Source: an uncultured bacterium
Lineage (GTDB): Bacteria > Patescibacteriota > Patescibacteriia > Patescibacteriales > UBA12465
Length of the DNA: 64,000 nucleotides
Assembly: GCA_903945435.1 (NCBI GenBank)
Contig: CAJAVM010000026.1
Coordinates: 8,311 to 72,310 of the forward strand
Direction of reading: 5' to 3'
Below, piece after piece: positions 36,057 through 45,583 of the stretch. The translations under genes and the position numbers were made by a program. The notes under the pieces are model-generated. The model was not told the origin of the DNA. It ran no database searches and saw only the letters and a program-made list of their open reading frames with translations. Within the stretch, counting starts at the first letter, position 1; every line of letters starts with the position of its first letter.

Positions 36057-37045
36057 AATTTTATTTTTATTAAACCATTTTGAGCGCCTAAACTAGCAAT
36101 TTTTGAAGCAGTGTTTTTAGCGCTTAGAAACAAAGCTTTTTTAATATCGCCTCGATATAGCTCTAGGCCAGCAACAAAAGTAGAATTAAAAATATCCCCC
36201 ACTCCAGTAACATCAATTCTTTTTTTCTCTTTAAATATTGGTTGGTAGTAAAAATTAAGACCATCATAAGCATAGGCTCCCTGACTACCAGAAGTAATAA
36301 CTACTATTTCCGGACCAAACTCTTTGATGATTTTCAATAAATTTTTTTCATCATTAAAAAATGCATGACCCAATCTTTGCCCGCCAGAACCAGAAGAAAC
36401 TAAGGCTAATTCAATCGCCTCATCTTTATTAACAGAAAATACAAAAGTATCTTTTAAAAATGGTGCTAGCTTATCAAGTCCGGCAGAATATTGTGCCTCG
36501 CTTGGATTCCAGGTAATTCTAACTCCATATTTTTTCACTAACGGAAATATTTTTGCTAAAATCGCCAACCAATCACCAGACAAAGAAGATATGTAAATAT
36601 TTTTTGCATTTTTTAATACTGAGAGATCTTTATTATTAATTTTTAAAAATCCATTAGCCCCTCTTTCTGTAAAAATTATTCTTTCTCCGGTTTTAGAAAT
36701 TAAAATAAAAGAAAATCCGCTATTTTTATCAGGATGTTTTCTGACTAAGTTTTTATTAACTCCACGAGTTTTTAAATTATCAATAATCATTCTTCCATTA
36801 TCATCATTTCCAATCGTAGCCAAGCAAGACGCCTTAAAACCAAAATTAGCAAAATTAACAGCCGCATTAGCTGCACCGCCTCCGTAAGTATAATTAAAAT
36901 TATCTATTCTAATTTTAGCTCCATATTCGAAAGCTAAAAGTTTTTGGCGCAAAATATCACGAGGATTTTCTATTAAAACCCCCTGATCCGTAAAAAAACT
37001 AATATCACGCGTTGCTCCACCAACAGAAATAAAATCGTATATCAT
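36053..37045 (-). CDS. PfkB-family carbohydrate kinase
   Basis: 330 aa with YGGGAANAAVNFANFG and the C-terminal DVTGVGDIFNSTFVAGL. Confidence 0.8.
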   Translation of the reverse strand: MIYDFISVGGATRDISFFTDQGVLIENPRDILRQKLLAFEYGAKIRIDNFNYTYGGGAANAAVNFANFGFKASCLATIGNDDNGRMIIDNLKTRGVNKNLVRKHPDKNSGFSFILISKTGERIIFTERGANGFLKINNKDLSVLKNAKNIYISSLSGDWLAILAKIFPLVKKYGVRITWNPSEAQYSAGLDKLAPFLKDTFVFSVNKDEAIELALVSSGSGGQRLGHAFFNDEKNLLKIIKEFGPEIVVITSGSQGAYAYDGLNFYYQPIFKEKKRIDVTGVGDIFNSTFVAGLELYRGDIKKALFLSAKNTASKIASLGAQNGLIKIKL

Positions 37046-37071
37046 AAATTTAAAATAATATTACTATCATA

Positions 37072-37626
37072 TCATATCACGCCCTTCTTTTCCAGAAAAA
37101 ATGGCTTGAATCTTTTAGCTAGAGAAACAAATATATTAAAAAATAAAGAAGCAACCAGTAAGAGCCAGAGCGATTGATACAATAAAGACTGCCAGAAATA
37201 CAAACTAAAAATACTAAATCCCCCCCCTAGTCCTGAAAACACGAATAATAAAATAGAAGATATAAAACCATAAGTAACCGAAGCAATTAAACAAAGAACC
37301 CAAAAAGAATACAAAGACTTATTCGTTAACCAATTCTCTAGAATCAAATAAACTACCAGGGATACGGTTGCTAAGACAAGTAAATGAAAACTAAAAAATT
37401 GAAAAGAAAAAATATCCATGAAGGACCCAAAGAAAAATATAAATAATATAGCCGATTTTATTCCAAAGAAAAATAAAATAAAAACCATGGCAATCAGTCC
37501 GATATTAATTTGATTAAAAGCTCCGGGGAAAGAACTAATGAAAGAAAATTGCAAAATAGCTATCGCTAAACAACTAAGCGCTAAAAAAAATAATTGTCCG
37601 ATAGATTTTATCATATTAAGGAACAA
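37072..37626 (-). CDS. mreD: Putative rod-shape protein MreD (called by position only)
   Basis: 184-aa polytopic membrane ORF that overlaps the mreC stop by 11 nt. No diagnostic motif. Confidence 0.45.
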   Translation of the reverse strand: MFLNMIKSIGQLFFLALSCLAIAILQFSFISSFPGAFNQINIGLIAMVFILFFFGIKSAILFIFFFGSFMDIFSFQFFSFHLLVLATVSLVVYLILENWLTNKSLYSFWVLCLIASVTYGFISSILLFVFSGLGGGFSIFSLYFWQSLLYQSLWLLLVASLFFNIFVSLAKRFKPFFLEKKGVI

Positions 37627-38428
37627 TTATAGAAACTACGGTTAAGTCATTAAAGTCTACCAGTGGCTCTATAATTGCTGACTGCCAAACTTCATTGCTT
37701 TCACTCTTAACATTAGATACTCTCCCAATCACTAAACCACGAGGGATGCTCCCCCCTAAACCAGAGGTGATTACCGTATCATTAAGTGAAATTTTTTCTA
37801 ACTGCGGAATATAACTCATTTCAATAGTTAATCCCAAATTACCATCGGTAACACCCTTAGTTTTATCTTCGTTTTGCAAGGAAGCAGCTAGCTGACAACC
37901 AGGCGTAGTAATTAAACAAATTCTAGAAGTTGATTTATTTACTTCTATAACTTTACCAACAATAACTCCGTCATCACTGAGAACCCCTAAATCAACTCGT
38001 AATCCGTCGCCTTCTCCTTTATCAATGATCACGTCACGACTACCATCAGAAACTGAAAAGGATGCTTCTTTGGCCATAATATTAGCGACGACGGCCTTAA
38101 AATTATTATTGGAAATAAAATTTAATTGGTTACGTAATTTTTTATTTTCATCTTCTATCTCTAACCAACGAGAATTATTAATAACATTATATGCTACTTC
38201 TTTTTTTAAGCGGTCTATTTCCATCAACAATGCATCTCTTTCCCTGCGTTCACCATAAGCTGAACCAAAACCAGACCCCCATTTATATAAACTCCCGGAC
38301 ATTGGTTTAACTAAAAATAATAAAGTATTTTCTAGAGGACGAGTAGCGCCAACCAAATGTAAAAAAACCAGTAGCCCAAGAACTACCGTAAAAATTAAAA
38401 ATAAATTATTTTTTTTGATTCTAATCAT
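37616..38428 (-). CDS. mreC: Rod shape-determining protein MreC
   Basis: 270 aa with an N-terminal TM segment, a coiled coil (LLMEIDRLKKEV...ENKKLRNQL) and C-terminal SGLGGSIPRGLVIGRV. Confidence 0.85.
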   Translation of the reverse strand: MIRIKKNNLFLIFTVVLGLLVFLHLVGATRPLENTLLFLVKPMSGSLYKWGSGFGSAYGERRERDALLMEIDRLKKEVAYNVINNSRWLEIEDENKKLRNQLNFISNNNFKAVVANIMAKEASFSVSDGSRDVIIDKGEGDGLRVDLGVLSDDGVIVGKVIEVNKSTSRICLITTPGCQLAASLQNEDKTKGVTDGNLGLTIEMSYIPQLEKISLNDTVITSGLGGSIPRGLVIGRVSNVKSESNEVWQSAIIEPLVDFNDLTVVSIIVP

Positions 38429-38453
38429 AAAGATTAAAATGCCTAATTATACA

Positions 38454-39494
38454 TTAATCAGAGCTAGTCGGAAGAACTACTTTCTCTAATAGTTCTTTAT
38501 TATTCAACAAAAGACCAGTACCACGAGCAACGCAAGTTAAAGGGTCATCAACAATTTTCACAGGAATCTTAGAGGCGACTGAAATAGCTTTATCAAGCCC
38601 ACGCAGTAAGGCGCCGCCGCCAGAAAGATATAAGCCTCTTTCATAAATATCAGAAACTAATTCTGGGGGAGTTGTTTCTAAAATAGTTTTAATTGTTTCA
38701 ATAATTTTAGAAACTGTGCGACTAATAGCCTCCCTAATCTGTTTATCATTAATCATAATCGCTTTTGGTAATCCAGTTAACAAATCACGACCACGAACTT
38801 CCATTTCTTTTGGCTCTTCCAAAGGAACAGCGGAGCCAATTCCAATTTTAATACTTTCAGCTAATTGTTCTCCGATTAAAATATTAAATTCTTCTCGAAT
38901 ATAATCAATAATATTACTATCGAATTCATTACCAGCTGCCTTAAGAGATTTCCAGGTTACAACTCCTCCTAAAGATATAACTGCAATTTCAGTAGTCCCG
39001 CCTCCAATATCAACAATCATGGTTGCTGTCGCATCAATAACTGGTAACCGAGCACCAATCGCCGCCGCCATCGCTTCTTCAATTAAATATACTTTACGGG
39101 CGCCAGCTGATTTAGCCGCATCTTCAACCGCCTTTTTTTCTACTTCGGTTAAATCAAGGGGGATACCAATTACCACGCGTGGACGAGAAATTAAAGCAAA
39201 ATTATCATTATGGACTTTACCAATAAAATATTTAAGCATTTTTTCCGTAACCTCAAAATCAGAAATAACACCATCAACCAAAGGCTTAATCGCTTCAATA
39301 TGACCAGGTGTTTTACCTACCATTTTTTTAGCTGCCTCACCAACTTCTAAGATTTCATTAGTTCTCTTATTGATTGCAACAACACTAGGCTCGTTTATAA
39401 CCAGCCCCTTATCACTAAGATAAACCAGGGTATTTCTGGTACCCAAGTCTATTCCTAAGTCATGACTAAATCTTCCTAGAAATTTATTGAACAT
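38454..39494 (-). CDS. mreB: Rod shape-determining protein MreB
   Basis: 346 aa with FSHDLGIDLGTRNTLVY, DIGGGTTEIAVISLGG and GLYLSGGGALLRGL. It heads mreC and mreD. Confidence 0.95.
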   Translation of the reverse strand: MFNKFLGRFSHDLGIDLGTRNTLVYLSDKGLVINEPSVVAINKRTNEILEVGEAAKKMVGKTPGHIEAIKPLVDGVISDFEVTEKMLKYFIGKVHNDNFALISRPRVVIGIPLDLTEVEKKAVEDAAKSAGARKVYLIEEAMAAAIGARLPVIDATATMIVDIGGGTTEIAVISLGGVVTWKSLKAAGNEFDSNIIDYIREEFNILIGEQLAESIKIGIGSAVPLEEPKEMEVRGRDLLTGLPKAIMINDKQIREAISRTVSKIIETIKTILETTPPELVSDIYERGLYLSGGGALLRGLDKAISVASKIPVKIVDDPLTCVARGTGLLLNNKELLEKVVLPTSSD

Positions 39495-39505
39495 AGCTTA
39501 AATTA

Positions 39506-40939
39506 TTAATAACACTTAGCGAACAGCCAATCGTGTTTAGATGGTTTACCGGTAATAAAACACTTTTTATTTTTAGGCTCGATCCCTTCTTTTTCAGATA
39601 ATAAAACACGAGAAACTATACCAAACTTTTCCTTCAATTGTTTTTCACTTTCAGAATCTTCACTCCAGCTAGCTTCAAACCATCCAACCTGACCTCCTAT
39701 TTCATCCCAACTCTCAATTCTATTAATATTAGCGACAGCAAAATCAGTCGCTTGTTTATATAAACTATTATGAATATCAATCATTATAGTCTTCAAAGAA
39801 TTTTTTAATTCTGTAACTATTATAACCTCTTTAGCTCCATTATCACGACGGAATAAAGTAACCTTCCCTTCCGCTACTTCTTTCAACCCGATCTCCAAAC
39901 GAACCGGTACACCACGGACCTCCCAATAATTAAATTTGAAACCTGGAGTTTGACCTTCGCGCTCATCAACTTTAATTCTGTAATCAACTTTTAAATCATC
40001 TTTTATTTTATTACAAAAAGATAGAACTTGATCATGCGACTCATCTTTATAAATTGGTACTATTATTATTTGAATAGGGGCGATGTTTGGTGGTAAGCGC
40101 AACCCATTATCATCACCATGAACCATTACGACCGCACCCACAGAACGCCAAGATAAACCCCAGCTATTTTGATGTACTAAATGTGAAACACCATCAGCAC
40201 CAAGATAATTAACGCCAAATACTTCCGCAAAATTTGTACCTAAATAGTGACTGGTAGCGCCTTGAATAGCTTTCCCGTCTTTAGCCATCACTTCGGCCGT
40301 TGTTGTCATAACAGCGCCAGCAAATTTTTCATTTTCAGATTTTCTCCCAGTGAAAGTTGGGATAGCCATAAAACTATATACGTCTTGATATATACCGAGC
40401 ATTTTCATGACTTCTGCTCTCGCCTCTTCTTCAGTCGCAAAAGCTGTATGACCTTCTTGCCACAAAAATTCACTCCAACGTAAAAAAGCACGCGGTCTTT
40501 TCTCCCAGCGGACAACGTTAGCCCATTGATTAAGACGAAGTGGCAAATCTTTATAACTCTGTATCCATTTAGCGTAAGTTTTATACATCGCAGCTTCGCT
40601 AGTAGGACGAATAGCTAATTTATTTGTTAATTCTTCGCCACCAGCATGAGTCACTATAGCCAACTCAGGAGCAAAGCCTTCCACGTGATCCTTTTCAGCT
40701 TCTAAATTTTCCAAAGGCACAAAAATTGGAAAGTATACATTTTCAACACCGTCATCTTCAAGGCGACGACTTAACTCAGCTTTAATGAGTTCCCAAATTT
40801 TTAAGCCATAGGGCCTAACGATTCCGCAACCCCGTACCTCAGAAGATTCGGCTAATTCAGCTTCTCTAACGACGTCTTGATACCAAGCTGGGAAGTCGAT
40901 TGATTGTTTAGTTATTGTTCTTTTTTCATTAATAGCCAT
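39506..40939 (-). CDS. proS: Proline--tRNA ligase, archaeal/eukaryote-like type
   Basis: Class II core, no bacterial INS editing insertion, and a C-terminal domain ending ...DWLFAKCY. ATG 40939 (MAINEKRT) is preferred over the TTG at 40966 used by the track. Confidence 0.92.
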   Translation of the reverse strand: MAINEKRTITKQSIDFPAWYQDVVREAELAESSEVRGCGIVRPYGLKIWELIKAELSRRLEDDGVENVYFPIFVPLENLEAEKDHVEGFAPELAIVTHAGGEELTNKLAIRPTSEAAMYKTYAKWIQSYKDLPLRLNQWANVVRWEKRPRAFLRWSEFLWQEGHTAFATEEEARAEVMKMLGIYQDVYSFMAIPTFTGRKSENEKFAGAVMTTTAEVMAKDGKAIQGATSHYLGTNFAEVFGVNYLGADGVSHLVHQNSWGLSWRSVGAVVMVHGDDNGLRLPPNIAPIQIIIVPIYKDESHDQVLSFCNKIKDDLKVDYRIKVDEREGQTPGFKFNYWEVRGVPVRLEIGLKEVAEGKVTLFRRDNGAKEVIIVTELKNSLKTIMIDIHNSLYKQATDFAVANINRIESWDEIGGQVGWFEASWSEDSESEKQLKEKFGIVSRVLLSEKEGIEPKNKKCFITGKPSKHDWLFAKCY

Positions 40940-40987
40940 ATAGTTCTTTTCTTTTATCCTATCCAAAAAATAACTGCTTGTAAAGCA

Positions 40988-41566
40988 TCATTTTTTCATT
41001 ATTTTTAAGGCTTGTTTTACTCTTTCGCCAGTATCTTTAATACTAGAATCAACCGCAGATAAAGCTCCTCGAGCTTCACTCAAGGAATATCCCAAAGAGA
41101 TGAGTGCATCCAACTCATCAGAAGATGCTAAAGATGAGCCCGCACTAATATCTGAAGCAGATGATATTTTAATAATTTTTGTTTTCAGTTCTAAGACTAG
41201 ACGTTCAGCTGTTTTTTTACCAATCCCAGAAACCTTCGTTAACAAATCAGCATCACCCCTAATAATTGATTCCTTAATATCATTTGCAGAGGCAATCGCT
41301 AAAACACCTAAGGCGGATTTTGGACCAACACCAGAAACGCTTATTAATAATTCAAATAAATCTAATTCATCAATATTTTTAAATCCATACAAGTCAGAAG
41401 ACTCTTCTCTAACATGATGATGAGTAAATACTTCAAGCGATGATCCCACAATAATTTCATTCAAAAAGCTCTCGCCCGCAAAAATAGAATAACCAACATC
41501 GCGCACATCGATAATAAAATAATTTAACGATTTAGCGATGATTGTTCCGCGTAAGTATGAAATCAT
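40988..41566 (-). CDS. ruvA: Holliday junction DNA helicase subunit RuvA
   Basis: 192 aa with MISYLRGTI and HhH motifs SVSGVGPKSALGVL and VSGIGKKTAERLVLEL. No ruvB is adjacent. Confidence 0.9.
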   Translation of the reverse strand: MISYLRGTIIAKSLNYFIIDVRDVGYSIFAGESFLNEIIVGSSLEVFTHHHVREESSDLYGFKNIDELDLFELLISVSGVGPKSALGVLAIASANDIKESIIRGDADLLTKVSGIGKKTAERLVLELKTKIIKISSASDISAGSSLASSDELDALISLGYSLSEARGALSAVDSSIKDTGERVKQALKIMKK

Positions 41567-41577
41567 AAATTAATATT

Positions 41578-42858
41578 TTAATTGACTAACTTTCTTCTTA
41601 AAACAGCAAACTCCGGTAACACTACTTTCTCATCAAGTTCAATAAAACATTTTTGACCACCGCCACCCCCATGAGCTTCAAGAATCTCTTCACCAGTCTT
41701 AACGTCAAACAATTTTTCCAGTTTCAAGCTTATTATATCATAATTTTGACCGATAATCTCGATTTCGTCGTTCAATTTAATAGTATTATGAACTTGGAAA
41801 GTAAGTCTTATTTTATTATTGGCTAAGATTTCTGTTTTTAAAGCTTGGCCGCAAAACTCCCAATCACTTTTATTATGAGAATCAGCGACATTCTGATTCG
41901 CCTTTCCGCCCAACAAAAATCCCGAAGTATAACCTCGATGAACTAATTTCGTCTCTAGTTCTGTATACAAATAATCTAATTCTTTTTTCAATTTAACAGT
42001 TGGCGTTTTCTTAATAATTAAATTAAGAGCACGACGGTATGCGCCACAAACAGTTGCTTGATAATACACACTCTTAGCCCGACCTTCAATTTTAAAACTA
42101 GTAACTCCCGCTTTAATTAAATCTGCTAAATTTTTTATTAAACATAAATCTTGCGAGTTCAATAAATAAGCACCATGTTTTTCTTCAACTAATTCTAACT
42201 CTTCGTCATGGCCCTTGGCTTTGAGCGTATAACGATTTACATCATATTGCCAACGACAAGGTTGGGCACAATCTCCTAAATTACCGCTTCTATCAACAAA
42301 TAATTTGGATAAAAAACATCTTCCAGAATAGGCCATGCACATCGCTCCGTGAATAAAATATTCTAATTCAACTCTTGGAAGAGCTAAGTGGATTTCTTTA
42401 ATTTCTTTTAAAGTCACTTCTCTTCCTAAAACAATGCGAGCAACTCCTTGTTTAGCCCAAAATCTAGCTGATTCTAAATTAGTACAGTTAGCTTGAGTAG
42501 AGAGATGAATTTCCGCTTTAGACCAATTATCTTTTATAAGACTCATAATTCCTGGGTCAGAAACAATAAATGCATCTATCTGAATCTCTTTCAATTTTTT
42601 TACATAAGCAACAAAGCTCTTTAAATGTGCATTATGAGCAAAAATATTAGCAGTTACATAAACCTTCTTTCCGCGTGCATGCGCATACAAAACCGCGTCC
42701 TTAATGCCTTTTAAATCAAATTCATTAATTCTTACCCTCAAAGAAAAATCCGGGATACCCAAATAAACCGCATCTGCCCCATAGGCGAAAGCGGTCTTCA
42801 TCTTTAAAGTATTACCAGCAGGTGCTAATAATTCTAGATTTTTCATAAAATTAGCCAT
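41578..42858 (-). CDS. Peptidase U32 family protein
   Basis: 426 aa with LELLAPAGN...AFAYGADAVYLG and a C-terminal beta-barrel region typical of U32. Confidence 0.85.
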   Translation of the reverse strand: MANFMKNLELLAPAGNTLKMKTAFAYGADAVYLGIPDFSLRVRINEFDLKGIKDAVLYAHARGKKVYVTANIFAHNAHLKSFVAYVKKLKEIQIDAFIVSDPGIMSLIKDNWSKAEIHLSTQANCTNLESARFWAKQGVARIVLGREVTLKEIKEIHLALPRVELEYFIHGAMCMAYSGRCFLSKLFVDRSGNLGDCAQPCRWQYDVNRYTLKAKGHDEELELVEEKHGAYLLNSQDLCLIKNLADLIKAGVTSFKIEGRAKSVYYQATVCGAYRRALNLIIKKTPTVKLKKELDYLYTELETKLVHRGYTSGFLLGGKANQNVADSHNKSDWEFCGQALKTEILANNKIRLTFQVHNTIKLNDEIEIIGQNYDIISLKLEKLFDVKTGEEILEAHGGGGGQKCFIELDEKVVLPEFAVLRRKLVN

Positions 42859-42900
42859 TTATTTAAATATTATAACTTAAACTTAAATTAAAATAAAGTA

Positions 42901-42940
42901 TTGACAAAATATTGTAAAAGTTTTAAAGTGCTTTGATAAT
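42901..42940 (+). promoter_or_regulatory. Candidate promoter(s) for the 255-aa orphan
   Basis: Two readings fit: TTGACA (42901..42906), 17 nt, TAAAGT; or TTGTAA (42912..42917), 17 nt, GATAAT (42935..42940). Confidence 0.45.
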
Positions 42941-42972
42941 TGTACATTTAAAACCACCAAAACACAGAAAAG

Positions 42973-43740
42973 ATGAACGAAGCATTGAAGCAACTCGCCA
43001 TGGACTACAAACGTAGTTCGGACCAAAAAAAGAAAAACGAAATTCTAGACAAAATACGTTTTTCAGAAAAAACAAAAAGAGATTTTCCAGATTTACTGGA
43101 CCTAGCTAAAGAAAAAAACCTGGACTTAGAGTTCTACAAGATGGTAATCGATTGTTTCTTCGAAACTCCATTTGACCGTTTTCCGCTAGCATCAATCCAC
43201 AGACGTCTTGAAGGTCGAGTTTTTGAGAACTATTTCATTGGCTGTCTTCAGCGTAAAAATATGGGATTCAAATTTTTAGAAAGCCTGTATTCTGATTTAG
43301 TAGAAGATTCTGGATTATCTAAAATTATCATGAACATCATGGTAACTACAGCTTGCAGTTTAGATAATTTTCTTTTCTTGCTTATCCAGGAAAAACTTAG
43401 CAAAGAGCAAGAAACTAAGCTACTGGTAGAAATGAAGCGACACAACGGTTGTCTAAATTTCTGGATTAGAGCCCTGGAAAGAGCTAAGGTAAATAGTAGT
43501 TTACAGATTTACTCAGAAAATTTACTAAGACAAAAACTAACCAGACGAAATTTTTATGGTGTCTATGAACTATACATGGACAATCCGAATACTAAAGCCG
43601 CATCGCTCATACTGGAAATTATGGCTGATATGGCCAAAACAGAATCCGAGGTAGATAAAGTACTTTATTTGTCCGCTAAAGATCATGTGGCATTTGATAC
43701 TGCTATGAAGAAAAAGGGGAAATTTATTGCCGAAGACTAA
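42973..43740 (+). CDS. Hypothetical cytoplasmic all-alpha-looking protein (255 aa)
   Basis: ATG ORF with its own promoter-like hexamers and terminator. It is the only plus-strand gene in a >20-kb minus-strand run. No family recognised. Confidence 0.65.
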   Translation: MNEALKQLAMDYKRSSDQKKKNEILDKIRFSEKTKRDFPDLLDLAKEKNLDLEFYKMVIDCFFETPFDRFPLASIHRRLEGRVFENYFIGCLQRKNMGFKFLESLYSDLVEDSGLSKIIMNIMVTTACSLDNFLFLLIQEKLSKEQETKLLVEMKRHNGCLNFWIRALERAKVNSSLQIYSENLLRQKLTRRNFYGVYELYMDNPNTKAASLILEIMADMAKTESEVDKVLYLSAKDHVAFDTAMKKKGKFIAED

Positions 43741-43772
43741 AATATGGTATCGCGGCATAACAAGAACTTTTT

Positions 43773-43811
43773 AAAAAAAGCGTCCAAAAAAATGGGGCGC
43801 TTCTTTTTTTT
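43773..43811. terminator. Bidirectional terminator
   Basis: AGCGUCC-(9 nt)-GGGCGCU (one G-U pair) is flanked by A7 upstream and U-rich CUUUUUUUU downstream. Confidence 0.7.
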
Positions 43812-43837
43812 AAAAAATTATTAGATATGGGCTACCC

Positions 43838-44791
43838 CTAAGACCTCTTTACTCTAGTAAGTCCACTGATAGCAACAATTTCTATTCCCTGCTTCTCTAT
43901 TTCATCTAAAAGCAAATTCATACCTAAAGAATCAGAAGCCATATGGCCAGCAATAACCACATTGATATGATTTTTCTCTGCTTCCTTCCTATGCTCCTCA
44001 GACATATGCATTCCAATTACAGTTCCGATTCCGTATTGAGACATTTTTTCGTATATATCTTTAGAGCCCGATGTTCCTCCTGTAAATTCAGTTACAACAA
44101 TTTTCCCACAAGAATTTTCTTCAGAACCAGAAAAAATCATCGGACCAGTTTTTTTCTTTTTAGCGATAGAATATTCTGGAATAGTTTCCAGGAGTTCCAT
44201 AATATCGCCAACAGTTTCTAATTCTTTTTCTTTCTGTTTGAATAAATCAACTAAAAAACTAGCTCCTAAATTATCAGCTGGGGTATGAATACACATGAAA
44301 TTTAAATCCAAAACTCTAGCCGCATCAACCGCTCTATCATGATTTATTGGTGATATGCCACGATGCACTTCACTAATACGAGATTTAATAACCGATTCAG
44401 CAATGTTTATCGGTACTCCATAATTAGCTAAAACCTGCGCTTGCAGCTTCATAACGTCAGACAAATCAGCCAAAGCGACTCCCTCGGGATGATGAGCTAA
44501 AACTAAATCAATATCACCCGAATGTTTAGCGAGTAATAATTCTGAAGTCTCAATATCAATTCCCACCATTATTTTTTTAACTTCTTTACCATTATTAAAT
44601 AATGTGCGAGCATCGGAATAAGGATTAGTAAGTTTCTCTAAATCAAAAGCTTCTTTTTCTTTATCTGATAACGCTTCATATTTTTTATTAATACGAGCTA
44701 AATATTTCTTTACTTCTTCAGCTCCTCGTAAATCAGAATCCATTCCTAGCTGAATAGCTAATTTATATATTTCTTCAACCTTCATAAGCAT
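43838..44791 (-). CDS. NIF3 (DUF34)-like metal-binding protein
   Basis: 317 aa with DLVLAHHPEG, CIHTPADN and VIAGHMASDSLG spaced as in NIF3-family proteins (pattern recalled from memory). Confidence 0.55.
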   Translation of the reverse strand: MLMKVEEIYKLAIQLGMDSDLRGAEEVKKYLARINKKYEALSDKEKEAFDLEKLTNPYSDARTLFNNGKEVKKIMVGIDIETSELLLAKHSGDIDLVLAHHPEGVALADLSDVMKLQAQVLANYGVPINIAESVIKSRISEVHRGISPINHDRAVDAARVLDLNFMCIHTPADNLGASFLVDLFKQKEKELETVGDIMELLETIPEYSIAKKKKTGPMIFSGSEENSCGKIVVTEFTGGTSGSKDIYEKMSQYGIGTVIGMHMSEEHRKEAEKNHINVVIAGHMASDSLGMNLLLDEIEKQGIEIVAISGLTRVKRS

Positions 44792-44804
44792 TTATTTAAA
44801 TTTG

Positions 44805-45557
44805 TTAGATTTGTTTTTTTCCAAAACCTTCAAAGGCTTTTAATATTTCAACTGGAGTCATAAACACTACTGTGTTTGATTGATCTGAGGAAATATCATT
44901 AATTGCTTGTAAGGTTCTTAAATGTAAAGCGCCGTTTGAAGCAGCTAAAATAGAGGCTGCTTGAGCAATATTAGCGGCGGCCGCTAATTCTCCTTCGGAA
45001 TTAATAATTACCGCTCTCTTTTCACGTTCAGCTTCTGCTTGTTTCGCAATTGTTCTTTCCATTGATTCTGGTAAAGAAACATCTTTTAACTCAACATTAT
45101 TAACTTTAATCCCCCATTCATCTGTTTCCTTGTCAACAATCTCTTTAATTCTATCAGCAATCTCATCACGCTTCGAAAGTAACTCATCTAAAGTAACGGA
45201 ACCAACAATATTACGCATTGTTGTTTGAGCGTATTGAGAAATAGCATAGAAAAAATTTTCAACTTCAATCACTGCTTTTTCAGCGAAGGCTACCTTATAA
45301 TAAATAACTGCATTTACAGTAACGGAAACATTATCGCGAGTAATGGCTTTTTGGTCCGGAACATCAACTGCTTTTACGCGAATATCAACTTTCTTAAAAG
45401 TTTGAAAAATCGGAATAAGTAATCTCCATCCCGGTTCCATAATTCCCGAATACTTTCCCATTGTAAATCTAACTCCTCTTTCATACTGATTGATTTGTTT
45501 TAAACTAGATAATATTAAAACCGCTAAGATAACCACGATGTAAATAAATAATCCCAT
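44805..45557 (-). CDS. SPFH/Band 7 (stomatin/prohibitin-like) membrane protein
   Basis: 250 aa with an N-terminal TM segment, then QYERGVRFTMGKY...VDVPDQKAITRDNVSVTVNAVIYYKV. Confidence 0.88.
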   Translation of the reverse strand: MGLFIYIVVILAVLILSSLKQINQYERGVRFTMGKYSGIMEPGWRLLIPIFQTFKKVDIRVKAVDVPDQKAITRDNVSVTVNAVIYYKVAFAEKAVIEVENFFYAISQYAQTTMRNIVGSVTLDELLSKRDEIADRIKEIVDKETDEWGIKVNNVELKDVSLPESMERTIAKQAEAEREKRAVIINSEGELAAAANIAQAASILAASNGALHLRTLQAINDISSDQSNTVVFMTPVEILKAFEGFGKKQI

Positions 45558-45583
45558 ACGTTTAATAATTAAATTAATTAATT

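Noticed and set aside
31909-44221. Other long antisense or alternative-frame ORFs: 31909..32310, 32127..32321, 33488..33848, 38025..38258, 39019..39303, 40247..40483, 41100..41417, 43248..43445, 43570..43758 and 43943..44221
   Set aside because: Each is nested in a longer ORF with clear family motifs (GT4, MreB, MreC, ProRS, RuvA, NIF3-like and so on). None has recognisable motifs or start signals.
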